A stretch of DNA of 64,000 nucleotides from an uncultured virus (IMG/VR IMGVR_UViG_3300033066_001794) (IMGVR_UViG_3300033066_001794), one strand, 5' to 3'; counted from the first letter of the stretch, positions 20,058-29,150 are shown. Made by a program: numbers and translations. The notes: generated from the sequence alone by a model not told the origin.

Positions 20058-21131
20058 TTAATTTTTAAAATTTGCATGTATTTTTGAAAATAATGATAGG
20101 TTATTAGGAGTCTTAGGTTTATCTGAGAAAAATTCTTCAGAACTCACTCCCGTTTTTATTTCAAAATCTTTTTCTTTTTTCTCTATGTATTCAATCAATT
20201 CATTCATTGTTTTTTTTCCTAAGTTTCTAAATTTAATTATGTGGTAAGATGTCTTTTTATAGGTGTTAAAATTAGATAATAAGCTATATAAATTGTAGTA
20301 ACCATAATCTTTCAGAACATTCAACGCTCTTACACTTATATCTTCATTATAAAGACTAATCCCTAAAAAACTAATACATTTATTTAAAATATTATATTCA
20401 TCAAAGTGAGCATCGTTTTCACTTGATTTTGGTATATTAGAATTAATAATATCTTTAAGATATTTAATTTCAATATCTTTTTGTATTATAGTTCTTTCCA
20501 ATTCACCAAAATTTAACATGTTTTTAGTAGATAGTCTCCTCTTAAATCTACTCATTGTTTTATTAAAAATCAAACGTACTCTTTTTGTAGTTAAATCAAA
20601 ATTTTGACCTATTTCATCAAATGTTTTTCTGTTAAAAAAATATTCATACACAACTTCATGCTCTCTTATCGAAATCTCATTTTTATATAAATCAATATAG
20701 TTAAGAAAGATGATTTTCATCGCTTCGTTCCCTACGAAGTAATTAACAAAATTAACATTACCATTAACATCAATTTTTCTAAAAACATCTAATTCTGATT
20801 TTCTGAACAAATAAGCACTTCCTTTTACCGATTTAAGTCTGTAGCTAGGAACTTGATTTTCTTTAACTAAATTTTTAAGGTGCTGTGCGGTTATTCCAAG
20901 ATATTCGGCAGCTTCTATTGTTGAAATAAAAGGCTCATCAATATTTTCAATGTTAAAATATTTCGAAACCTCTTCTTTACTAAATAAAATTTCACCTTCA
21001 TTGAATAAAGGTTTAGGAAAGCCTTCTGTAGTTAATAGAGACCTAGTATCTTTAATACTAAGCTTTTTACAAAGTTCTTCTGAGGAAATACTATTAAAAG
21101 TTTGATTCATCTGACCGTTAATGAAATGCAA
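20058..21131 (-). CDS. multi-domain regulator: excisionase-like HTH + sigma70 region 4-like + RNAP alpha-CTD-like
   Basis: STIEAAEYLGIT..YLFRKSELD; REHEVV..KTFDEIGQNFDLTTKRVR; ISVRALNVLK..FRNLGKKTMNEL. Confidence 0.7.
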   Translation of the reverse strand: MHFINGQMNQTFNSISSEELCKKLSIKDTRSLLTTEGFPKPLFNEGEILFSKEEVSKYFNIENIDEPFISTIEAAEYLGITAQHLKNLVKENQVPSYRLKSVKGSAYLFRKSELDVFRKIDVNGNVNFVNYFVGNEAMKIIFLNYIDLYKNEISIREHEVVYEYFFNRKTFDEIGQNFDLTTKRVRLIFNKTMSRFKRRLSTKNMLNFGELERTIIQKDIEIKYLKDIINSNIPKSSENDAHFDEYNILNKCISFLGISLYNEDISVRALNVLKDYGYYNLYSLLSNFNTYKKTSYHIIKFRNLGKKTMNELIEYIEKKEKDFEIKTGVSSEEFFSDKPKTPNNLSLFSKIHANFKN

Positions 21132-21181
21132 ATATAGTTATAATGTAATTAATAACAAAAATAAGTTATTAACAGTTTTTA

Positions 21182-21652
21182 TTATTTTTTGATTGCTACC
21201 TTTTGATATTTAGTTTTAGGAAGTTTATCCTTTGTTTTCAAAGGGACTTTTTTAGTTGGAGCTTTCTTTTTCTTTGATTTAGCTGTTGAAGTTAAAGTCT
21301 TTTTATGTTCTTTAGTTCTCTTGTATAATCGCTCCATTTTACTTGCGAAAATATCATCGAATCGCTTTTTTAGTGAATCAGAAGAGCAAAGATAAAACTG
21401 CATAATAATGATTGAAACGTCTACCATTTCTTCAACTAGATTATCTTTTCTTAATATAAGATTAGCTTGATTGTTTTTCCTTTGAGATGCAATAGGACTA
21501 CAATTTGTATATTCAGCTCTTTTTAGTTTTTGAACAGCCATTATAAGTTCGCTACATTCTTCTACGAGCATATTTCTTTGAAACTTAACTCCAAATGTTT
21601 TGAAAGCTTCTTTAGCAATCAGTTCAAATTTTTCTTGTTGTTCTTTTTTCAT
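21182..21652 (-). CDS. MazG-like nucleotide pyrophosphohydrolase
   Basis: EECSEL..EEMVDV acidic motif. Confidence 0.7.
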   Translation of the reverse strand: MKKEQQEKFELIAKEAFKTFGVKFQRNMLVEECSELIMAVQKLKRAEYTNCSPIASQRKNNQANLILRKDNLVEEMVDVSIIIMQFYLCSSDSLKKRFDDIFASKMERLYKRTKEHKKTLTSTAKSKKKKAPTKKVPLKTKDKLPKTKYQKVAIKK

Positions 21653-21671
21653 TTACTCCATTGTTTTTTTT

Positions 21672-23067
21672 CTACATTATTTTTTCCAAAAAAGCTTCTT
21701 CAACTAAAATAGCTGTTAATCCACTATCACGATAACTCTCAGGAACTATTTCTAAATCTACAAAAGTATTTATATCGTAACCTCTTTCATGTTTTATCAA
21801 AGCCATTTTTATATCCTCTTGAACTAACGCAAGGATATTTGTTGTCTGTGGTTTGAAATGAACTTTTTTTAGTTCTTCTGAGTTTTCTTCTTGAACAAAT
21901 GGGACTATGTAATCTTCAGTTCCCTTAAAATAAACTTTTTCTTCTACAATAAACATATTTTTAATTTTTGGTAAAACTAATCTTTTTTTTCTAATTCAAT
22001 TTTTTGTTTGTTTTCAAGGCTGATTTGATTTCGCTTCTTCATATCTTCAATTTTACTTACTCTATTTTGTTCGTAGAAAGCCTCTGCCTTTGGAAGTATG
22101 TCAATATATTTTTTTAATCTATCGTAGAAACCAAAATAAGCAAACTTACCGAATGATACATGTTCACCATCTTTAACTCTATTCCATTTGAAATAAAGAG
22201 TAAAATATTTACTTCTATCTAATCTCCATTTGTAGAAATTATTTTCAACTGATTTTAATGCTCTTTCGTAGTTATTTACTCTATTAACTAATGATTCAAA
22301 TTGGTCTCCATCTCCAAAATTACCATATAATTCTGTTGCTCTTTCATTAGTTAATCTGTTTTGTACAGGTAAAATTTCTCTACTTTCCATTATGCTGTTT
22401 TTTTTGCTATTTAGTTTTACTTTTAACTTCTAAAATTTTTTCTTCTATTTTGATTATTTCGTTCATCAAAACACAAACATGAATAAAGCTTGGTGTTTTT
22501 CCACCTAACAATTTTCTTTCTATAATCTGATTTTCCAAATCCTCTATAGATTCGAGTTGGAGTACTTCTTTAATTTCTTTCATTCTAATTCATTATTATT
22601 TCGTTACTAACATGAAATGTTATATGTGCAGATGGGCATGATTCACTACACTTAATAAGCATAGTCATTGGGAAGCTGTTGTTATCAATAGAACATGAAA
22701 TGATAATTGGGCTATCTAAATCAATATCTCCTTCTTCAATAAGAGAAATCATTTCTCCAATCGATACACAATCTTCCTCTTCTGATTTATCAATGTAAAC
22801 AACATCTCCTGCACTATAATGATTACTTATATTATATCCGCCATCTAAGTGAAGGCATTCGCAGTCTGTACACTTGTATACTACTGTTAATAATTCTGTA
22901 ACTTCTCCTGTTGTTGAAATAGTAATGGGAGCTTCTTTATTAGATTTAGAAAAAACTTTACTTTGTAATCCTTCAAGTAGTTCTCTTACTGTAGCGGGCT
23001 TTCCATATAATAATGACTTGTCAATAGCGGTCAGCTTATTCATAAAAATGTTTTTATTCTTCACCAT
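21672..23067 (-). CDS. hypothetical ORFs (21672-21956, 21977-22390, 22585-23067)
   Basis: ORF track. Confidence 0.55.
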
Positions 23068-23368
23068 GTTTTTCTTGTAATTGTATGTGACCGAAAAACA
23101 AAAATAAGTTCTTAGTTTTAATATTCAAATAGAACTTTAGAATAATTATTAACATTAATAAAAAATGTTCGCCAAGAAATAATTGTTAAAAACCGTGTTG
23201 ATAAAGCACTAATCTTATTTTTCAATGATTAGAATCATGTTACTACATTTGTACCGCAACCACATCATCTTTTCTAGTATTTGACCGTATAAAATCAGAT
23301 GGTTTGCCTTCGAAAGCCCCGCTCACTCCATTGCGGGGTTTTCTTTTTTTACTAATCAAATAATTTTG

Positions 23369-23487
23369 TATATTTGTAATGCATAATTGTATAACCATTA
23401 AAAATATTTTCACATTTAAACAAACCTTCAAGCAAGTAGGAATCCTTCCTTTTGGTTATGATTATGCAACCTACTTGCAAGAAGGCT
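23369..23487 (+). promoter_or_regulatory. TATATTTG promoter plus conserved structured leader (copy B)
   Basis: AACCTTCAAGCAAGTAGGAATC...AACCTACTTGCAAGAAGGCT. Confidence 0.85.
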
Positions 23488-23497
23488 ATTTTATAAA

Positions 23498-24184
23498 ATG
23501 GAAAGAATTGATGTTTTAAAAGCTAATGAGCATAAATTTTGGCTTCGTGTAAATAAACTTGGAGATAATGATTGTTGGTGTTGGAATACGTATATAAGTA
23601 AATCAGGATATGGTCAGTTTAAGTTTTGTTATTTAAGTAAATATTATCAATTTACAGCAAGTAGAGTGTCTTATGAACTTAAAGTAGGTCTAATACCTGA
23701 CGGGTTACTTGTCTGTCATAAATGCGATAATCCAAAATGTGTAAACCCAAAGCATTTGTTTTTAGGTACGCAAAAAGATAATATGGATGATAAGGTTAAT
23801 AAAAATAGACAGGCTCGTGCTGAAAACAATGGTCGTTCTAAATTAAATTGGGAAATCGTAAATGAAATTAGAAAATCATACCCTATAAATAAAAATACTT
23901 CTGAATTATCTAAAAAATATAATATTGATTCTTCAATGATAATCAATATACTAAAAGGTGAAAATTGGATTGATGAAAATTATAAACCAATACATATAGA
24001 GAAACAATTATTTAAGAAAGGACACACTATTAGTATGGTTATTTCTACGGAAAAAGTTATTGAAATAAAAAAGCTTATAAACGAAGGATTGTCTACTAAA
24101 AATATAAGCGAAATAACAGGGGTTAAGAATCAAAAAATAAAAGATATTAAAAGAGGTGTTGCATATTTTAATATTAAGTTGTAA
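23498..24184 (+). CDS. HNH homing endonuclease with C-terminal HTH repeats
   Basis: CWCW..GYG..VCHKCDNPKCVNPKHLFLGTQKDN. Confidence 0.9.
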   Translation: MERIDVLKANEHKFWLRVNKLGDNDCWCWNTYISKSGYGQFKFCYLSKYYQFTASRVSYELKVGLIPDGLLVCHKCDNPKCVNPKHLFLGTQKDNMDDKVNKNRQARAENNGRSKLNWEIVNEIRKSYPINKNTSELSKKYNIDSSMIINILKGENWIDENYKPIHIEKQLFKKGHTISMVISTEKVIEIKKLINEGLSTKNISEITGVKNQKIKDIKRGVAYFNIKL

Positions 24185-24195
24185 ATTTGTACGTA

Positions 24196-24433
24196 TTCTC
24201 GTTTTATCCTTTTGGATAATGAGTTTTTAAGGAAGGTATGTAAGACTCGGCTTTCGAATGCCGAATTCTCCACTAAATCTTTAGATTTATCCTGTTAAAA
24301 TATATGGGGATTAGCGGTTTTGATTGCATAATGGATGTAAGAATTAGAGGGTACAAAGTCTTAACTGACAATAATTTAAAACTAGCTGCTTAATCTTCCC
24401 TAGTGGGGAACATTCTCAGCCCTCGAAAGAGGT
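24196..24433 (+). ncRNA. ssrA: circularly permuted (two-piece) tmRNA
   Basis: T-arm + 3' acceptor ATTCTCC-A (to 24272) lies upstream of 5' acceptor GGGGATT (24306); G3-U70; TTGCATA/TATGTAA helix; tag 24367-24393 DNNLKLAA*; outer ends approximate. Confidence 0.85.
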
Positions 24434-24440
24434 TCAAAAG

Positions 24441-24471
24441 AAACCTGAAGCTTAATTGTTTCAGGTTTTTT
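24441..24471 (+). terminator. intrinsic terminator after tmRNA
   Basis: AAACCTGAAGC-TTAATT-GTTTCAGGTTT + T run. Confidence 0.85.
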
Positions 24472-24604
24472 GTTTATATTTGATGCATGAATAATAAGGA
24501 GAGAGACATTCTTTTAAAATCTATTTCAAAAAGAAAGAAAGTTAGTTTGAAAAGTAAAAAATCAGCTATTTCTCATTTGATTAAAATAGGAATTTTAAAT
24601 AAGA

Positions 24605-25303
24605 ATGGAGATGAATCTCCGCTATACTATTAACATGAATAAGACAGGTAAAAATATATTAATTGGTTCTTTTGCATTTGCTGCTATCTATGGTGTTTAC
24701 AAAATATTTTTCAGAAAAAAATCATATGATTCCAACTTAGAAAATCAGGAATTAGGTAATACTACAAAAAAAATCGGTAAACTTTTAATCTCAATTCCTA
24801 AATCAAAAAAAGAATCTTATCCACTTATATATGTTTTTGGAGGTATTGACTTTGCTACTCCTGAGTGGATGTTACAACAAGTACCAATTGAAATATTATC
24901 AAAAGCAATTGTTGTTTTTGCTCCATACACATCATCTTTTGAATCAGTAAAATCAGAAGCTTTAAAATATCTTTCTGATAATAATTATAACATAAGTTCT
25001 TCTTCATTGATAGGATATTCAGCGGGAGGTACAAATGTTCAAAAGTCTTATAGTAATAATTTTAAATTTGTTGGTTTAATAGACCCTTCTACAAACGAAA
25101 GGTACTTGTCTTTACCATTTAATTCAAAAACAAAAATGGTTTACAATGATTCGAATTGGGGCGGATACCCTGCAATAAAATCAGCATTACCGAAACTTGA
25201 TTCGAAGATTGAATCATCAGGAGGAGTAGCGGAAAAAGTTAAGTTAAGACATTCTGAAATTCCAAAATATTTCTTTGATAAATTTAAAAACGAAATCGTA
25301 TAA
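24605..25303 (+). CDS. membrane-anchored alpha/beta-hydrolase-like protein
   Basis: GYSAGG nucleophile elbow, IDPS, late His; N-terminal TM. Confidence 0.55.
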   Translation: MEMNLRYTINMNKTGKNILIGSFAFAAIYGVYKIFFRKKSYDSNLENQELGNTTKKIGKLLISIPKSKKESYPLIYVFGGIDFATPEWMLQQVPIEILSKAIVVFAPYTSSFESVKSEALKYLSDNNYNISSSSLIGYSAGGTNVQKSYSNNFKFVGLIDPSTNERYLSLPFNSKTKMVYNDSNWGGYPAIKSALPKLDSKIESSGGVAEKVKLRHSEIPKYFFDKFKNEIV

Positions 25304-25588
25304 ATGAAAACACTAAAGAGAGTGCCAATCGAACTTGTAGAGTTGAACGATGATGAGTTTATGCCTGAACATTTTGAATTTGGAAAAATGTACTATTCAA
25401 AAGAATATGGAGTTGCAAATCATTTGTGCCTTTGTGGATGCGGTGTAAAAGCTCCAATACCAATTAAACAAGGCGAGTGGTCTATTGATAATGAAAATGG
25501 TAAATTAACAGTGAAGCCATCATTACAACAATTGTTTGAGTGCAGAAGCCACTATATAATAACTAATGGAATAGCAAATTTCGTTTAA
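25304..25588 (+). CDS. DUF6527-like protein
   Basis: HLCLCGCG..W..LTVKPS..CRSHYIITNG pattern. Confidence 0.7.
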   Translation: MKTLKRVPIELVELNDDEFMPEHFEFGKMYYSKEYGVANHLCLCGCGVKAPIPIKQGEWSIDNENGKLTVKPSLQQLFECRSHYIITNGIANFV

Positions 25589-25624
25589 CAAACAATAATT
25601 TAATAACAGCAAAAAACAAAAACT

Positions 25625-25939
25625 ATGTATCTCTACTTAATGTTCATTGAAGCTATTTTCAGATTAATTTTCTTTGTATTACTGCTTCCATACAAAATAC
25701 TTTCTTTGATTATGCGATATACGCTAAGTATCGTGAATGTGTTGAAATACAAGGAAAAAGTACTCATTGAATTAAAATTAAATCAAGATAAAAATAGTGT
25801 TGCACGTTTTCTTTTTTATCAATCATACGATGATAAATTTGTAGCCAATTGGAGAAGCTTTAATCGAAAAAGAATCAATAGATGGATAATAAGTTTGATG
25901 GTCTATATAATTTTAATTATCAGATTTACAATGTTTTAA
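25625..25939 (+). CDS. hypothetical membrane protein
   Basis: ORF track; hydrophobic termini. Confidence 0.45.
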   Translation: MYLYLMFIEAIFRLIFFVLLLPYKILSLIMRYTLSIVNVLKYKEKVLIELKLNQDKNSVARFLFYQSYDDKFVANWRSFNRKRINRWIISLMVYIILIIRFTMF

Positions 25940-25969
25940 ATACAAAACGAAAAAATAATTGAAAATAAA

Positions 25970-26002
25970 TTTGCATTTACAAAAATAATAGTTGTATATT
26001 TG
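25970..26002 (+). promoter_or_regulatory. Bacteroidota-type promoter for tRNA operon 1
   Basis: TTTG (25970) ... TATATTTG (25995-26002). Confidence 0.75.
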
Positions 26003-26043
26003 CATCTCATTACTACATGGTGTGGTAATAAATAATAAAAATC

Positions 26044-26154
26044 ATGACACGCAGAAACATTATAGTTAGAAATATGTGGATTGAACGCACGGGCGATAAG
26101 GCGTGTATTCATGGGGCTTCTGTTTATGGTTTAATTACAATCATGGGATTATAA
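26044..26154 (+). CDS. leader peptide 1 (MTRRNIIVRNMWIERTGDKACIHGASVYGLITIMGL)
   Basis: Manual translation; between promoter and terminator; codon content matches cluster 1 tRNAs. Confidence 0.8.
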   Translation: MTRRNIIVRNMWIERTGDKACIHGASVYGLITIMGL

Positions 26155-26177
26155 TAAAAACATAAAAATACAAACGG

Positions 26178-26207
26178 AAGCCTCAACCTAAAAAGTTGGG
26201 GCTTTTT
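26178..26207 (+). terminator. attenuator terminator 1
   Basis: AAGCCTCAAC/GTTGGGGCTT + T run; alternative pairing 26113-26125 with 26172-26184. Confidence 0.85.
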
Positions 26208-26214
26208 GTTTTAC

Positions 26215-26226
26215 GTTCTTTGAAAA
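26215..26226 (+). promoter_or_regulatory. boxA-like motif (also at 27236, 27854, 28590, 39550, 39754, 41668)
   Basis: GTTCTTT(G/A)AA repeated in tRNA-operon leaders and spacers. Confidence 0.65.
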
Positions 26227-26312
26227 TATGTATTGAGCTAATAGTGTTATTCGAATTATTTGCTTTGTTTATTTTTTTTGTTAACTTTACATTTCAAATA
26301 ATTATTAAAAAA

Positions 26313-27020
26313 ATGGGTGTTAATAGAAAAATAACAATTGAGCAATCAAATTTTGCTAAAAAAATGATTAAAGAAGGATTTACGTATATGCAAATATCGG
26401 AAGAATTAAATCTTACATGGGGATTGATAAAAAATCATTTGAATAGAGAAGGATACTACTCTGAAAACTTGAAAAGGAAAATTATTGAGTGTCTAAATTG
26501 TGGAAATTCTATTAGTAATATTGATTTTATTAATGGTAAACGTGTTGTAAGAACTAAATTTTGTAATAATTCTTGTTCAGCTTCATTTTCTAATAAATTT
26601 AGAATCAGAAATAAAAAAAAAGAAAAGCCGAAATGCGTGAATTGTGAGGGTGAGTGTAAAACTAATTTTACAAAATATTGTTCTGTTATTTGTCACTCTG
26701 ATTACAGGAATAAAAAATTAATTGAAAGGATAAATAATAATGATACAGATGGATTGAGCGATGTTGTATTAAAGAGAATTATGATATTAATGTATGGTGA
26801 AAAGTGTATGAAGTGTGGTTGGAACGAAATAAATGAGACAACAAAAAAAGTTCCAATTGAACTAAATCACAAAGATGGAAATTCTAAAAATAATAATTCT
26901 CATAATGTTGAATTAATTTGCCCGAATTGTCATTCATTAACACCAAATTATAAAGCTTTAAATAAAGGTAATGGAAGACATAGTAGAAGACAAAGAGCAA
27001 GAGATGGTAAGTCATATTAG
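26313..27020 (+). CDS. HNH endonuclease with Zn-finger repeats (likely start MGVNRK)
   Basis: CMKCG..IELNHKDGNSKNNNSHNVELICPNCH. Confidence 0.85.
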   Translation: MGVNRKITIEQSNFAKKMIKEGFTYMQISEELNLTWGLIKNHLNREGYYSENLKRKIIECLNCGNSISNIDFINGKRVVRTKFCNNSCSASFSNKFRIRNKKKEKPKCVNCEGECKTNFTKYCSVICHSDYRNKKLIERINNNDTDGLSDVVLKRIMILMYGEKCMKCGWNEINETTKKVPIELNHKDGNSKNNNSHNVELICPNCHSLTPNYKALNKGNGRHSRRQRARDGKSY

Positions 27021-27091
27021 CCGTAATAGTTTAGTCGGTAAAACAATAGATTTGTAATCTATATTCGAGGGTTCGATTCCTTCTCACGGCT
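27020..27091 (+). tRNA. tRNA-Thr(TGT)
   Basis: Cloverleaf; ATAGA-TTTGTAA-TCTAT; GTTCGATTC. Confidence 0.9.
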
Positions 27092-27154
27092 CAAAAAGAT
27101 TCCTCCCCATAAAAGCAGATATAGTGCGGGGACTTGCAGCAAGGAATCTTATAT

Positions 27155-27227
27155 TGCAATATAGCTCAGGTGGTAGAGCGTTTGGTTCATATCCAAAATG
27201 TCGAAAGTTCGAATCTTTCTATTGCGA
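27155..27227 (+). tRNA. tRNA-Met(CAT), probably elongator
   Basis: TTTGG-TTCATAT-CCAAA. Confidence 0.85.
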
Positions 27228-27280
27228 CAGTTTTAGTTCTTTGAAATATTAAAAATATCATTCGGGTTTTCCTGAATTGA

Positions 27281-27591
27281 TTAGAATGAGTTACCTGTGA
27301 GTGTCATTGAGAAAAAGGGGCTTCGAGCCTTGACATGATGAAATAGAAACTCTATGAAAAAAATAAATGAATGTAGCCGAAAAACAGGACTGCTCCAAAT
27401 TTGGATGAAACTAAAATTGTCTATAACTTAGATGAGCAGAGGTTTCAGGGCGGAACAAGACCGAAAAGCGCAAAACCTTTTCTTCGTTGGAGGCTATACG
27501 ATTTTATTTTGGAAGTGGAGAAACACTTTTGGAAATCCTTCCTGTGCGGTTGGAGAAAACGCAAAGAAGCACACATGCGTTCTCATTTTTA
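27281..27591 (+). ncRNA. candidate ~310-nt structured RNA, family unknown
   Basis: Closing AGAATGAG/CTCATTTT and many nested stems; GC-richer than flanks. Confidence 0.55.
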
Positions 27592-27601
27592 AGTATTAAA
27601 T

Positions 27602-27674
27602 TGGAAATTAGCTCATTTGGTAGAGCAGCACCCTGATAAGGTGCAGGTGTCAAGTTCGAAACTTGAATTTCCAA
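27602..27674 (+). tRNA. tRNA-Ile(GAT)
   Basis: GCACC-CTGATAA-GGTGC. Confidence 0.92.
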
Positions 27675-27688
27675 CGTTAAAAATATAG

Positions 27689-27763
27689 TGCGGGATAGAG
27701 CAGGGTTAGCTCGTTGGGTTCATATCCCAAAGGTCGGGTGTTAGAGTCACCCTCCCGCTACCA
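27689..27763 (+). tRNA. tRNA-fMet(CAT)
   Basis: 1:72 mismatch, three G-C pairs in anticodon stem, encoded CCA. Confidence 0.88.
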
Positions 27764-27775
27764 ATTGAAAAAAAA

Positions 27776-27847
27776 GTATAGATGGCTGAGTGGCTAAGCA
27801 CTTCACTGTTAATGAAGGTTACAGAGGTTCGAACCCTTTTCTATACG
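27776..27847 (+). tRNA. tRNA-Asn(GTT)
   Basis: CTTCA-CTGTTAA-TGAAG. Confidence 0.9.
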
Positions 27848-27872
27848 CAAATAGTTCTTTAAAATAAAAAAT

Positions 27873-27947
27873 AGTTATGTAGTTCAGCTCGGTTAGAATG
27901 CTACCCTGTCACGGTAGAGGTCGTGGGTTCGAGTCCCATCATAACTG
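27873..27947 (+). tRNA. tRNA-Asp(GTC)
   Basis: CTACC-CTGTCAC-GGTAG. Confidence 0.93.
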
Positions 27948-27957
27948 CAAAAAAAAC

Positions 27958-28042
27958 GCAAGTGCTAATACAATGGAGAGATGGATAGACTCCAAATCTG
28001 TTGCCCGAAAGGGATGTGTAGGTTCGACTCCTGCCGCTTGTG
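27958..28042 (+). tRNA. tRNA-Trp(CCA) with long variable arm
   Basis: ATAGA-CTCCAAA-TCTGT; variable region TGCCCGAAAGGGATGT. Confidence 0.8.
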
Positions 28043-28150
28043 CAAAAGAGTGTGATTTAATAATAGGCTCAAAGCCTTGCTGAAGCGGTGTTCAGTGTAG
28101 GAAGTTAGCTTTAAATTATGCTCTTAAAATATTAATTATTAAATTTGTAA

Positions 28151-28459
28151 ATGGAGTTAGGTAAAATCGAATTTTGCAGAATAGGTCAGAAGCAAAGATG
28201 TGGCACTACAAAATGTGAATGGAAAAAAGCTTTCAATCACTATTGTTGGCTCAGAGAACCTGAAGTGAAAAAATGTGAAGGAAACATTCATAGCGAAGAA
28301 AAGAAACCATTAGTTAAAAAGAGAAAAGGAAGAGTAGTAAAAGAAGAATTAAAGTACACAGAAATAAAACCTCACAAAGAAATTAAAGAGGTTGAATTTG
28401 AAAATAAATTTAAAACAGCATCCACTGATAATTGGATTAAAAAAATAAAAACATTATGA
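28151..28459 (+). CDS. hypothetical basic protein in tRNA cluster
   Basis: ORF track. Confidence 0.55.
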   Translation: MELGKIEFCRIGQKQRCGTTKCEWKKAFNHYCWLREPEVKKCEGNIHSEEKKPLVKKRKGRVVKEELKYTEIKPHKEIKEVEFENKFKTASTDNWIKKIKTL

Positions 28460-28507
28460 AAACAAAATTAGAAAAAATGGAATCAGACGAACCTTTTGAG
28501 ATTAAAT

Positions 28508-28579
28508 GCTCGGTTCGTCTAAGAGTAAGGACGTACTCCTTTCAAGGGTAAAATACGGTGGCAGAACCCGTACCGAGTA
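28508..28579 (+). tRNA. tRNA-Glu(TTC), atypical T-loop
   Basis: TACTC-CTTTCAA-GGGTA; acceptor GCTCGGT/ACCGAGT. Confidence 0.8.
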
Positions 28580-28609
28580 CAATTATTTAGTTCTTTGAAA
28601 ATATAAAAA

Positions 28610-28774
28610 TTGGTTATTAGTAACTCAGCACCCTAAGTGCAATAATTGATAAGCTACACAAATTTTTTGTGGTTAGAATTATCCGCAACTTAGATTAGTG
28701 AAAACTAAAATAAAGCGAGGGATTAATTATGTGGGAGGCGGCATAACTCCTAGAAAGCTGAAGCTGATAACCAA
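28610..28774 (+). ncRNA. candidate ~165-nt multibranch RNA
   Basis: TTGGTTATTAG/CTGATAACCAA and TCAGC/GCTGA closing stems, four internal arms. Confidence 0.55.
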
Positions 28775-28777
28775 CAT

Positions 28778-28849
28778 GCGAAATTCGTATAGTGCTTATT
28801 ACACTTCACTTCCAATGAAGATACATCAGTTGAATTCTGATATTTCGCT
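28778..28849 (+). tRNA. tRNA-Gly(TCC)
   Basis: CTTCA-CTTCCAA-TGAAG. Confidence 0.85.
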
Positions 28850-28860
28850 CAAATAAAAAT

Positions 28861-28934
28861 GACCATGTAGCTAATGTTGGCTTTGGCACACGTCTGCAAA
28901 ACGTGAAACACCTGTTCAATTCAGGTCATGGTCT
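28861..28934 (+). tRNA. tRNA-Cys(GCA)
   Basis: CACGT-CTGCAAA-ACGTG; U73. Confidence 0.88.
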
Positions 28935-28991
28935 CGCTCGTTTGCCCGAAAGGGTTTGTGTGGAGATAGCTACGAAGCATAACAAGAACGA

Positions 28992-29061
28992 TTGGCAGTG
29001 GTGTACGTTGCACGATGGGCGCATAACCCATAGGAGATTGTGTTGAATTCCTTCCTGCTGA
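28992..29061 (+). pseudogene. degenerate tRNA-like element with CAT anticodon arm
   Basis: ATGGG-CGCATAA-CCCAT, poor T arm. Confidence 0.45.
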
Positions 29062-29090
29062 AACTTATTGATTAATAAAAAAAAGTAAAA

Positions 29091-29129
29091 ATGAACAGAA
29101 GAGTAAAATACGAATATGGTTGTTGTTAG
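29091..29129 (+). CDS. 12-aa uORF MNRRVKYEYGCC
   Basis: Paralog at 29360-29398. Confidence 0.55.
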   Translation: MNRRVKYEYGCC

Positions 29130-29150
29130 GTAAACTAACAATTATACCAA

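Noticed and set aside
23243..23431. 62-aa minus-strand ORF at the strand switch
   Set aside because: Antisense to the HNH promoter/leader; no recognisable motif.
26196..26312. Hydrophobic N-terminal extension of the HNH ORF
   Set aside because: TTG start lies inside the terminator; ATG at 26313 has the usual A-rich context.
27020..27091. Reading this tRNA as Tyr(GTA)
   Set aside because: The 5-bp stem places TGT at 34-36 and the variable loop is short.
27281..27591. RNase P RNA or group I intron
   Set aside because: No GAGGAAAGUCC-type P4 signature or group I P7 motifs visible.
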